DNA from: Bdellovibrio sp. | GTDB taxonomy: Bacteria > Bdellovibrionota > Bdellovibrionia > Bdellovibrionales > Bdellovibrionaceae | NCBI GenBank assembly: GCA_036676395.1 | Contig: JAKFCY010000002.1 | Location: forward strand, 2,336,001 to 2,400,000 | Length of the DNA: 64,000 nt | Direction: 5' to 3' | Part shown: one piece after another, positions 40,231 to 49,063 of the stretch | Layout of the letters: every line of letters begins with the position of its first letter | Numbering within the stretch: position 1 is the stretch's first letter | The notes under the pieces: model-generated | Seen by the model: the letters and a program-made list of their open reading frames with translations, nothing else | Told to the model about the DNA's origin: nothing | Database searches by the model: none | Program-made: the position numbers and the translations under genes

Positions 40231-41190
40231 CTATTCCCAATTTAATAATCTTTTTTCGCCTTCCAGTTTTTTAATTTCAGTCACATCCTGCGAGACCTCG
40301 ATGACACCGCGGTAGACTTTGTTTTTGTCTCGAACTGCGAAATATCTGATATGTATTGTGCGTTCGCGGTAATTAATCCAAAAATCGGCCACATCTTTTC
40401 GGCCCGCTTTAAACTCTTCCAAAATTCTAAGCACTGCATCTACGCTTTTGGGTGGATGGCAGTAGCGAACCTCGCGGCCAATGACACCAGCACTACGGGG
40501 AAACACTCGCTCTTCGCCTCTGTTGTAAAAGGCGACCTTATCGTTTTCGTCGACAAATGTGAGGTCAAAAGGCATTACCTGAAACAGCATATTGATTTGC
40601 TCTAAGGTCATTTTTCCTTCGGACAATTTTAAAAAACCGTCGGCTAAAGAAGATTGTGGATTTTGATCCTGCCTAGAAATAGAATCGGCTTCACCCTCAT
40701 CTTTTTTATGCATCCATCCAATTTCATTTTCACCGGCTTTCATTTGCTCCCAGTCTTCAGGAAGCAAAATGTCCAAAGCAATCGGAAACAATCTTGATTC
40801 TTCGACGTTCATCATTCTAAGAATCTCGCCCAGCAAGGCATCTATGCGCTCTTGCAAACGAGCCGTGTCTTTTGCTTCGAGCATCGCACGTACTTCTTTG
40901 ATTAGCTTGCGGTTATCGTCGTGAAATCTCCACATACCTTGGCTTGGGCCAAACCATCCCCGCTTTTCAAGGTAAGGAAACAACTGGTTTTCTTTTCTGG
41001 TATAACGAATGTCGACACAGGCAATTTGATTAAATAAGTTATAGGCAAGCTGGATATCTTTAATGATATCCACTTTAGAAAACTGGTTTAACAGATCAAT
41101 CAGATACCCGCTTTCTTCAATATAAGTTAAAATAGGATGTCCCGGTTCAAGTTTTTTTGCGTAATCTGGAATGGAAGATTCGATATTCAT
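40231..41190 (-). CDS. DUF438-type protein: hemerythrin-like domain plus C-terminal PAS (PAS_10)
   Basis: GHPI, YTRKENQLFPYLE, MWRFHDD, EESRLFP; PAS segment PFDLTFVDEND...CHPPKS...YFAVRD. Confidence 0.85.
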   Translation of the reverse strand: MNIESSIPDYAKKLEPGHPILTYIEESGYLIDLLNQFSKVDIIKDIQLAYNLFNQIACVDIRYTRKENQLFPYLEKRGWFGPSQGMWRFHDDNRKLIKEVRAMLEAKDTARLQERIDALLGEILRMMNVEESRLFPIALDILLPEDWEQMKAGENEIGWMHKKDEGEADSISRQDQNPQSSLADGFLKLSEGKMTLEQINMLFQVMPFDLTFVDENDKVAFYNRGEERVFPRSAGVIGREVRYCHPPKSVDAVLRILEEFKAGRKDVADFWINYRERTIHIRYFAVRDKNKVYRGVIEVSQDVTEIKKLEGEKRLLNWE

Positions 41191-41225
41191 GGCGGAATAT
41201 TCGCACACCGGTCTTTAAATCAATA

Positions 41226-41239
41226 ATGACTTGAATCAT
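41226..41239. promoter_or_regulatory. Crp/Fnr-family-like palindromic box upstream of the DUF438 gene
   Basis: ATGAC-TTGA-ATCAT, 13/14 identical to the reverse complement of the ric box; same 23-nt spacing to the -10. Confidence 0.65.
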
Positions 41240-41269
41240 ATGCCGCTGAAGAAATTCACAACGCAAAAC

Positions 41270-41283
41270 CTGATCCAGATCAT
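41270..41283. promoter_or_regulatory. Second, distal Crp/Fnr-like box
   Basis: CTGAT-CCAG-ATCAT, 44 nt from the proximal box. Confidence 0.45.
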
Positions 41284-41341
41284 GTATTACAGATTGTTTC
41301 GCTAAAAATGAGCTGTTTCGCAGGTGTTGGAGGCGATGTGA

Positions 41342-42079
41342 CTACCTACCCCAGCCTTTAAGAACTTCTGCTTCTTCAGAATCAGAAGTGACTTTCTTGA
41401 ATTTCACTCCTGGGGCCCCCTTCACAGAGGCTTCACACTCAGACCAAGTTTTATAACGGGTGATCACGCCATTTTTTAAAACGATATACCACTGAGTTTT
41501 TGGCTTATCAGACTTAGTATAACTTTTTTCTTTAATCTCTTCAGTGGGCGGAGCTTCAGTAATATCAAAGTAATAGTTCTTACCTGACCCACTGTACAGA
41601 TTCACATAATCATTCTTAGAAAATGCCACAGCGATCGTATCACAGCGTTCATTACCTGGAGTGCCTTGGTGCCCGCGCACGTAATCCCATTTAATTTTTT
41701 GATCCATCTTCTTTTGCAGTCTATAAGTAACAGCGTCTAAAGCTTCCCAGATATCTTGATTTAGTACTGGCCCGCCTTCAGCGTTCTTCCAGCCGCGCTT
41801 TTTCCAGCCGAACACCCACTGCGTGATGCCTTTGATCACATAGACTGAATCTGTGTAGATTTGAATGCTAAAATCAGGGTTATTTGTGTGTTTATCGATG
41901 TAAATCAGCGCTGCTAGCACAGAGCCTAATTCCATTCTGTTATTGGTTGTCTTTAAATCGCTATCGCCTAGCTCTTTAATCTCTACGTTTTTGCCTTCGA
42001 TAGAGCCTACTATAGCTCCCCAGCCGCCAGGGCCTGGATTTCCTGAACATGCGCCGTCTGTGTAAACAATAAATCTCAT
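41342..42079 (-). CDS. rnhA: Ribonuclease HI with C-terminal hybrid-binding (viroplasmin/Cauli_VI-like) domain
   Basis: Real start MRFIVYTDGACSGNPGPGGWG; TTNNRMEL, YTDSVY, VRGHQGTPGNERCD; C-terminal YKTWSECEASVKG...FKK. Confidence 0.9.
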   Translation of the reverse strand: MRFIVYTDGACSGNPGPGGWGAIVGSIEGKNVEIKELGDSDLKTTNNRMELGSVLAALIYIDKHTNNPDFSIQIYTDSVYVIKGITQWVFGWKKRGWKNAEGGPVLNQDIWEALDAVTYRLQKKMDQKIKWDYVRGHQGTPGNERCDTIAVAFSKNDYVNLYSGSGKNYYFDITEAPPTEEIKEKSYTKSDKPKTQWYIVLKNGVITRYKTWSECEASVKGAPGVKFKKVTSDSEEAEVLKGWGR

Positions 42080-42191
42080 AAAACACATACTAGAGAGAAA
42101 ACTCCAATTTGTGAAATTCTTTAGGCACGCGTCTCGCATAGTTCCATAACGAGACATGATCGGGAATTTGAATCCCGGCCAGAAAGAACCT

Positions 42192-43115
42192 ATGCAGGCT
42201 TTAATGAGCAATGTATTCAATTTAAAACATAAAGTGACACTATTAGCGGTAGTTGTCTCAATGTTAGCCAGTATCCTTTTGGCGTCGAACTCTTTTGCAG
42301 CCAATGTAAATAGTTCAGCCGTGTCTTCATACACACCTGGCAGAGAAAAAGAAGAAGAACCATCAAATACATATAGTGCTTCAGTGGATGTTTCACGTTC
42401 AACTAACTTATATGATCATCAAGATGGCAGTCGTAGCGATTCATTAGATTTTCGTTTTATTGTTGGTGCTGGTTTCACGAACGGCCACTCTTTATCTATG
42501 GTTGTAGATTACTCTAATGATTTAAAAGATGCAGAGAACACAGCGGCAGGATTACTTGATCCATCACTTAAATACTCATTTAAATCAGCAAAATGGGCAT
42601 GGTCTGCTCCTTATATTCTAACTTTTAGACCTGCGATTTCTACTGTGATTCCAATGTCTAAAGGCTCTACCAAGCGTGATGAATTACAAGGTTCACTCTC
42701 TGGATCTGTTGCATTTGGAATTGTTCCAGATGGAATTTATAAATCTGACGGTGTTTGGTCTGTGTTAATCGGTTTATCTGCAGGGCAAAACTTTTATGCT
42801 TACGAAGAAAATATCAACGGCAAAGTTTTAAATAAATACTCATCAAATCAATCAATGGATATCAGCTATTCAATTGCTGATTTTAGTTTTTCATTAAGTT
42901 ACCTGCACCGTTCTCGCTGGACGTATCAGGGAAATATTCGCGAATCTTTTGCCCTGGGGCAAGAGATTGGCTACAGCCTAAATGACAACTTCGCTGTGAA
43001 TGTTGGTCATTCAAACGAAGGGGCGATGATCAAAGCCAATGGCTATGAATCAAACCTCGATGTGATCGATGAGAATAATTCATCGGTTTATATGGGCATC
43101 AGCGCTTCAATGTAA
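42192..43115 (+). CDS. Secreted protein, probable outer-membrane beta-barrel
   Basis: Signal peptide ending ...SNSFA; many amphipathic beta-strands (FSFSLSYLH, EIGYSLNDNFAVNVGH, VYMGISASM); start codon uncertain. Confidence 0.6.
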   Translation: MQALMSNVFNLKHKVTLLAVVVSMLASILLASNSFAANVNSSAVSSYTPGREKEEEPSNTYSASVDVSRSTNLYDHQDGSRSDSLDFRFIVGAGFTNGHSLSMVVDYSNDLKDAENTAAGLLDPSLKYSFKSAKWAWSAPYILTFRPAISTVIPMSKGSTKRDELQGSLSGSVAFGIVPDGIYKSDGVWSVLIGLSAGQNFYAYEENINGKVLNKYSSNQSMDISYSIADFSFSLSYLHRSRWTYQGNIRESFALGQEIGYSLNDNFAVNVGHSNEGAMIKANGYESNLDVIDENNSSVYMGISASM

Positions 43116-43180
43116 TTTTAAAGAGTTAAAGAATTAGAACGTTTAAAGAAATTAAAGATATGAAAATGAAAGAGGGAAAT

Positions 43181-46100
43181 ATGAAAAACAATCAGGAACG
43201 TAAGCTGTTAAGTTTAACGATGTCCTTAATCGCAATTATGGTGATTACATCATGTACAAAAAAACGTGGTGCAGAATTACCAGAGGACATGAAAGCAGAT
43301 ATCTATGCGATCTCTGAATTCGGCACGCCATCTGCGACCTCAGCTTTTTCTGCTTCTCGCGAAGATATCGAAGCTGCCGGTGCTGATGAATCAGTACAAG
43401 CTTTGAATACCGAAACGACGGCTAAACTGTCTTCAGACGAGGTGAGCGTTCCTGCCCGCATGAAGTTCATGTTTGATAGACTCCCAATGATTGGCCAATC
43501 GGTTAAAAACTTTAAAATTACTTTCTCAGTAGATAAGAATACTTTGACTGCTTATAAAGTTGCCGAAAGCGCTAACGATTTAACGGCGTTAGAAAAATCT
43601 ATCGCTATCACTGCCCGCCAAGCTCAGTTATTATCTGAAGTTTCTAAAGCAAGTGGTGTTGAGTTAAAAACATTATTAAACCAACAAAAAGCAGCTTCAT
43701 CTGAATCTGAAAAAATTAAAGTTGGAGCTTCACAAGGTGCCTTATTAGTACCGATGTTTAAATACAACATCGTAGGCTATGGCGTTTTACAAAAAGTAAA
43801 AAATGACCTTAAAGAAGACACAGCAACTTTATCTTTAAAAGGTACTGACTTTAAAAATGCAACTCACATCCAGATCAGTTCTTTATCTGATGCGCGTGAA
43901 GTTATCGGTTTAAAAGCCGGTCAAACTAAAACGATGAATGAGTTATTCGTAGCTTCTAAGCTTGATAACCAGGTATCGAGTGCTGGTGAATTAGCGGCGC
44001 GTTTAAAAATCGGTCTTAAATTTATCAACGAAAATTCAAAAGTATTAACTAAAGTTGATAGCGGAAGCCTATTAGTTTACGAGATCACGACTTTAGATAA
44101 ACTTTCTGAAAGCCAACAACGTCTTTTAAATAACAACAGCTCTAACGGATCTATTAAACGTTGTTCTGATGCTGACGTAGTATCAGTTATTGCTTCTAAA
44201 GAGCAAAACTGTGTTATCGTAATGACAGCGACTGTTCAGTTAGAGCATGTTAAACCTAAATTAGCTTTAACTGATTCTACGGGTACAACATCTTCAGATG
44301 TTGAATTAGAAGAAGTTTCAGCCAGCGAATCAGTTGGTTTAGTGCAAATTCGCCAACAAACTCCAGCGGTTCAAGTTGAGATCTTAAATGATATTCTTGA
44401 TCCAAACAGCACATTAATTTTAGCTGACTTAAAAGGTGAATTTTTCTTTCGTCGTACTTTAGAAGACGCAGCCAGTTCATTCTTAGGCCGCACTGGTACA
44501 TCTGGTGATATGTCTTTAGTTAAATTTGAGTTAGAAGACGAGCGTATCGTTGTTCGTAACCAAATGTCTTTAATCCAGTACACTGGTCAAGGCGCAAAAG
44601 ATAAAGAAGAAATGATGTCTATTCCGGTTCGTTACTTTCGTGCAATCCGCGAAACCGCTAACGGAACCAAATTAACAATTCCGAAATGGGTTGAAACGAC
44701 TAAAGAAAAAGCTGAAGTAGCGGCTATTGACTGGACTCGTAATACAGTACCAGATGCATCTTCTCCGTTAGCTTTCTACGATATGGGTTCATGCTTCAGA
44801 GCTGAATCTTCACAAAAAGTGACTGCTACAGATATGCGTTTAGCTTCTGATGGCGTACTTAATTTATCAATCGCAAGTTCATACACTGTTGATACAGCCT
44901 GTGCTGCGATCAAAGACGTGAATTCAGCTTACTGGGCTGGTAGTGCACAATTTAACTTTAATGTTCAAGAGCGTATCTCTTTTGTTAAACATGAGAACAA
45001 AGCAAACACTGATTCTCAGTTTTCTATGAATATTTCGCACATGGCTCAAAGTGCCTTCAACTTTGGTGTATTTACTTTAGCTGATAAAGTAACTACGAAC
45101 GGTACTTTAAGTAACCGTGATGGTTCTGAAAAGTACATGCCGATGATTCATGATTTCCGTAACGGCCGCGTTGTTAAATGGTACCTTGGTGGTATCAATG
45201 AAGCCTCTGCTACAAATGCAGAAAGAAGACAATTATTAGTTGAAGCTGCTCAACAAGTTATGGCTGAGTGGAATGCTTCTTTCAGAATGTCTTTTAAAGG
45301 TACGGCATTAGAGCGTTCTGGTGATTACGTTCAACTTATCGTTGAAGAACCAGGTAAAGAAACTGGTCACCTTGGTGACTTAGATAAGAACTACATCTGG
45401 TTCAATGAAATCCCGGCTGATAACGGTTTATTAGGTGTTGCTCAACCAGCAGCTAATCCAAAATCAGGTGCGATCGAGTCAGCTAACGTTATCGTTTACA
45501 CAGGTAACACATTCCAACAAACAGAAGTGTTATTGAAAAATACGAAAATCTCTCGTGCCTACGAGAAGATGATCGAATCTATCAAAAAACAAGCGGTAGA
45601 TGCTGCTGCTAAAGAACAAGAAATTATCGCTTCTGCTGACCAAGCTGCAAAAGAAGAAGAAAAAGCAGCTGCTGCTGCTGGCGAAAACAAAGTTGCTGCC
45701 GGTGCAGAAAAAGTTCAGAACAAAATCAAGTTACAAGAAAGAATTTTAAAACAAACTTTAAAATCTTTAGATCTTGATCAAAAAACTTTAAGAGCTGCTC
45801 TTAAACAATTAGACGTTAAATCTTCGACGAACACTGCGGCGTTAGGTTTACCGGCTATTTCTAAAGATATGTTTAAAGGAACTAAAAAAGGTCAAAAAAT
45901 TAACTACCCAGTTAATTCTGACACTTTCACATTAAAATTAACTGAACTTGCGATGGATAAATCGTTAAAACGTAATCCTCTTGAGCTAGAGTTCAGAATG
46001 AATGATGTAATGTTAACTCATGCTGGTCTTTCTGAATTGACGAAAGCAGCACTTAACAAACGTCAGGCTCAGTTATCAATGGCTATGAAGTTTGACCGTA

Positions 46101-48403
46101 CGCAAGCAAACCGTCCGGGCTGTTTCTACCATTCTCGTCCTGAAATTGAAGATTCAGCTTTAATGGCTGATCCAGATCCTAAGAAAAACTTAATGATCAA
46201 CTTCAAGATGGCCGTGATGAGCACATTATCTCATGAGTTAGGTCACGCGTTTGGTTTAATGCATAACTTTACGGGTTCAACTGACGTAGCTAACTACGAA
46301 TTTGCTGATCAAAAAGAAGAAGGCAAACAAACTCACCGTAACTACTCGTCGATCATGGATTATATCTCTGATATCGAGCAACATTACGCTGGTCCTGGCC
46401 CTTATGATGTTCACGCAATTCGTGCAGCATACACAGGCTTAGTACCTCTTAACCCAGAGATCTTAAAAAACCAAAAAACGATGGATAATTTCAAAGCGAA
46501 CAAAATTGATATTATCAACGGTCATTTAATTTCGATTGCTGATGCCGCAAAAATCTTAGGTAAGAATTCTTTAGTTCACTTTACTAAAGATACAGTTAAT
46601 ACAACTGGCTTACTTGAGCACTATGCTCAATGTCACGATATGATGGTTGGTTCAGATATCATGTGTGCTCGTTTCGACGTAGGTGGAACTCCACAAGAAA
46701 TCGTAGCGAACAAAATTGCTGACTACACTCGTTCATACGCTAACCGTTACTATGTTTACGACAGAATTAACTTTGCTTGGAATGAAAAAGTTGGAGTTAT
46801 TTTACGTAACGTTCAATTGTTCGAAGAAATCCGTGGTTTCTTAGATCAAACGTTAATGGCGGCGATCTACGGTTCAGGCCGTGGCGAACAAGCTGACCAA
46901 GCTCACTTAAACAACTTAGTCGAGTCAACTATTACTGGATACCAATTCTTCCACGAATTAATACGTATCCCTGATGCTGATGGCATTAGTATGACTGATG
47001 TTAAAAAACGTTTCTATGCGATCCCTTACACATACAAAGTTTTAAAACTTGATGCTGAAGGCCAACCAGTGATCGGTGCAGATGGCAAACCTGAACTAGA
47101 CGAGAAAAAAGATATCAAAGTCTTAGAAGCTCGTTCTGTATATGATAAAATGTTAACGAAAGATAAAATCGATACTATCGGTATCGGTTACGATAAAATG
47201 TTTGCGATGAATTATCTATTAACTGCGTCTCAAATGAGCGGCACAGATGATTCTCAGATGAACATGATTTCGTACACTGATTTCGAACAGTTCTTCTTAG
47301 GTGTTAAAGATCCATCTGAATCTTTAACTATCCAGACGACGATCGATATCATTACGAATAACTTAACTTCTGGTTTCTACATGCCAACAGGCGAATTGTT
47401 GAACATCGATATTCCGGTTGAAGTTAATCGTAACTTAGCTGACAACACTGCGATTGCTGCTGTTATCGGTATGAACCAGGCTAAATTTTCTTCTTACGAT
47501 AAATTTGCTGAGACTTTATTAGTAGGTCGTTCATATGTTAAACAAGCTCCGAAAGACCGTATCAACGTAGTTCGTATGGGTCAGGATAGAAAATTATCTG
47601 ATACTGTTGTGTACCACTCTGCTCAAAATGCGATGGGTTCAAACTCAATCATTATGCAAGCAGCACGTGCTGAAGTATTAGTTAGCTCTAAAACTGATTT
47701 ATTCCCGAACTTAAAAGTTTTAGCTGAAGCTGATAAAGCTGTAAAAGGCCCAATCGCAGCTATCAAAGAAGCGGCATGTGAAATGAATCAAGAAACTGGC
47801 GAACCATTAGATGCTGAAGGTTGCGATGCGGCTCAAGCTAAAACTGATGAACAATACGTTGCTGAGTTAGCTAAAACTAACCCTGCGATTAAGGCAGCCA
47901 AAGCTAAAGCCGATGCTGAAGCTAAGAAAATCGTAAATAAGTTACGCCAATTAAATGCTAAAGAAGTAATTATGCCGAAAGCTCTTGATACAGCTGACTC
48001 TAAAGTTAACTTCGCAGCACAAGTTGAAATCATGCGTGAACAGTTATTTAGCCAATTAGGTACATTTGAACAAGTCATGGGCCTATTACAATCAACTCCG
48101 GTTGACCAATTAGATGCAACTATCGGTATGATCGTTAAAGTGTTGCAACAGATGTCACAAGAGAACGAACAGTTATCTGCATTACCTGCAATGGCTATCG
48201 CTCAAATGTACATGGCTGAATCAACTGCTGAGATCAAAGTGAAGCTACAAGATGGCGTATCTGAAATTACAGGCGCGCAAATCACTGGCCTTATGATGAA
48301 CACTAAGAAATTAGCTGAACAACAAGCTAAATTGACTGACGTGATTGATAAATTAAGCACGTACACTCGTTACGTAGATTTAGACCAAGCTTCGACTCAC
48401 TAG
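43181..48403 (+). CDS. Giant lipoprotein zinc metalloprotease (metzincin, EcxA/DUF4953-like)
   Basis: GAGGGA RBS before ATG 43181; lipobox VITSC; HELGHAFGLMH (HExxHxxGxxH), NFTGS, Met-turn SSIMDY, GPYDVHAI. Confidence 0.85.
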   Translation: MKNNQERKLLSLTMSLIAIMVITSCTKKRGAELPEDMKADIYAISEFGTPSATSAFSASREDIEAAGADESVQALNTETTAKLSSDEVSVPARMKFMFDRLPMIGQSVKNFKITFSVDKNTLTAYKVAESANDLTALEKSIAITARQAQLLSEVSKASGVELKTLLNQQKAASSESEKIKVGASQGALLVPMFKYNIVGYGVLQKVKNDLKEDTATLSLKGTDFKNATHIQISSLSDAREVIGLKAGQTKTMNELFVASKLDNQVSSAGELAARLKIGLKFINENSKVLTKVDSGSLLVYEITTLDKLSESQQRLLNNNSSNGSIKRCSDADVVSVIASKEQNCVIVMTATVQLEHVKPKLALTDSTGTTSSDVELEEVSASESVGLVQIRQQTPAVQVEILNDILDPNSTLILADLKGEFFFRRTLEDAASSFLGRTGTSGDMSLVKFELEDERIVVRNQMSLIQYTGQGAKDKEEMMSIPVRYFRAIRETANGTKLTIPKWVETTKEKAEVAAIDWTRNTVPDASSPLAFYDMGSCFRAESSQKVTATDMRLASDGVLNLSIASSYTVDTACAAIKDVNSAYWAGSAQFNFNVQERISFVKHENKANTDSQFSMNISHMAQSAFNFGVFTLADKVTTNGTLSNRDGSEKYMPMIHDFRNGRVVKWYLGGINEASATNAERRQLLVEAAQQVMAEWNASFRMSFKGTALERSGDYVQLIVEEPGKETGHLGDLDKNYIWFNEIPADNGLLGVAQPAANPKSGAIESANVIVYTGNTFQQTEVLLKNTKISRAYEKMIESIKKQAVDAAAKEQEIIASADQAAKEEEKAAAAAGENKVAAGAEKVQNKIKLQERILKQTLKSLDLDQKTLRAALKQLDVKSSTNTAALGLPAISKDMFKGTKKGQKINYPVNSDTFTLKLTELAMDKSLKRNPLELEFRMNDVMLTHAGLSELTKAALNKRQAQLSMAMKFDRTQANRPGCFYHSRPEIEDSALMADPDPKKNLMINFKMAVMSTLSHELGHAFGLMHNFTGSTDVANYEFADQKEEGKQTHRNYSSIMDYISDIEQHYAGPGPYDVHAIRAAYTGLVPLNPEILKNQKTMDNFKANKIDIINGHLISIADAAKILGKNSLVHFTKDTVNTTGLLEHYAQCHDMMVGSDIMCARFDVGGTPQEIVANKIADYTRSYANRYYVYDRINFAWNEKVGVILRNVQLFEEIRGFLDQTLMAAIYGSGRGEQADQAHLNNLVESTITGYQFFHELIRIPDADGISMTDVKKRFYAIPYTYKVLKLDAEGQPVIGADGKPELDEKKDIKVLEARSVYDKMLTKDKIDTIGIGYDKMFAMNYLLTASQMSGTDDSQMNMISYTDFEQFFLGVKDPSESLTIQTTIDIITNNLTSGFYMPTGELLNIDIPVEVNRNLADNTAIAAVIGMNQAKFSSYDKFAETLLVGRSYVKQAPKDRINVVRMGQDRKLSDTVVYHSAQNAMGSNSIIMQAARAEVLVSSKTDLFPNLKVLAEADKAVKGPIAAIKEAACEMNQETGEPLDAEGCDAAQAKTDEQYVAELAKTNPAIKAAKAKADAEAKKIVNKLRQLNAKEVIMPKALDTADSKVNFAAQVEIMREQLFSQLGTFEQVMGLLQSTPVDQLDATIGMIVKVLQQMSQENEQLSALPAMAIAQMYMAESTAEIKVKLQDGVSEITGAQITGLMMNTKKLAEQQAKLTDVIDKLSTYTRYVDLDQASTH

Positions 48404-48431
48404 TCGTTGCTTTAAGAAGTAAAACTTCTTC

Positions 48432-48463
48432 AGGGCTCGGTAGAAATACCGGGCCTTTTTTTT
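48432..48463 (+). terminator. Rho-independent terminator of the protease operon
   Basis: AGGGCTCGGTA-GAAA-TACCGGGCCTT stem-loop followed by a T run. Confidence 0.9.
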
Positions 48464-48489
48464 GTTTTTTTTATGCGAATCTGCTTATT

Positions 48490-48593
48490 TTTCGACGCTC
48501 ATGTTTTGGGTTTACATTGTAAACCCAAACACAGAGTAAATAAATGCATCAATTTCAACGCTCGCGCTTTAGGTCAACAATGTTGACTGAAAC
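48490..48593. repeat. Two 41-bp degenerate direct repeats (63-bp period), each holding a 15-bp palindrome
   Basis: 48490-48530 and 48553-48593 are 29/41 identical by manual alignment; cores GTTTACATTGTAAAC and GTCAACAATGTTGAC. Confidence 0.7.
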
Positions 48594-48619
48594 CCTAGCA
48601 AATTTAATGCGTCATAAAT

Positions 48620-49063
48620 TTAAGTTAAATTTTGCTGGCGTTTGGCTTTTTGGTCGATGGAATTAATTTTCGTCGCCAACGTGTGCAAGTAATCAGAGGT
48701 TCTGAATTTTACTTGAATACTGTCTGTTTCACCCGCTAAGTAGCGGTCGATTTCACGTTCAAGGCGAAACAACGGGCCTGCGAATTTATTTGAGGTGTAT
48801 AACACGATGAAAATGCCGATCACTAAATTTACGATCATCGGTAAAATGATCGCCATGTATAAAAAGTTTTTCCACGGGCCGAGCACGCGGTAATCGACGA
48901 CTAATGTGATGTCGGCTGCGACTTGTGCTCCCATCCATTTCATCGCTAAGAAAATTCCTGCGATTTGGATGATTGATAGAATTGTTAGTCCTACAAAAAT
49001 TTGCATCATTAATGGTTTTTGAATTTCAGGATAAATGAAGTACTGACGTCTTAAAAGATTCAT
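48620..49063 (-). CDS. Small two-TM membrane protein with HAMP-like C-terminus
   Basis: RRQYFI..IQ; two TMs; SNKFAGPLFRL...FRTSDYLHTLATKIN. Confidence 0.65.
   Translation of the reverse strand: MNLLRRQYFIYPEIQKPLMMQIFVGLTILSIIQIAGIFLAMKWMGAQVAADITLVVDYRVLGPWKNFLYMAIILPMIVNLVIGIFIVLYTSNKFAGPLFRLEREIDRYLAGETDSIQVKFRTSDYLHTLATKINSIDQKAKRQQNLT

Noticed and set aside
42080..42334. 85-aa N-terminal extension of rnhA in the ORF track
   Set aside because: It overlaps the divergent barrel gene, and RNase H homology begins at MRFIVYTDG (42079).
48490..48614. Possible mini-CRISPR array
   Set aside because: Only two divergent copies with a 22-nt gap and no cas genes; kept as a palindromic repeat instead.
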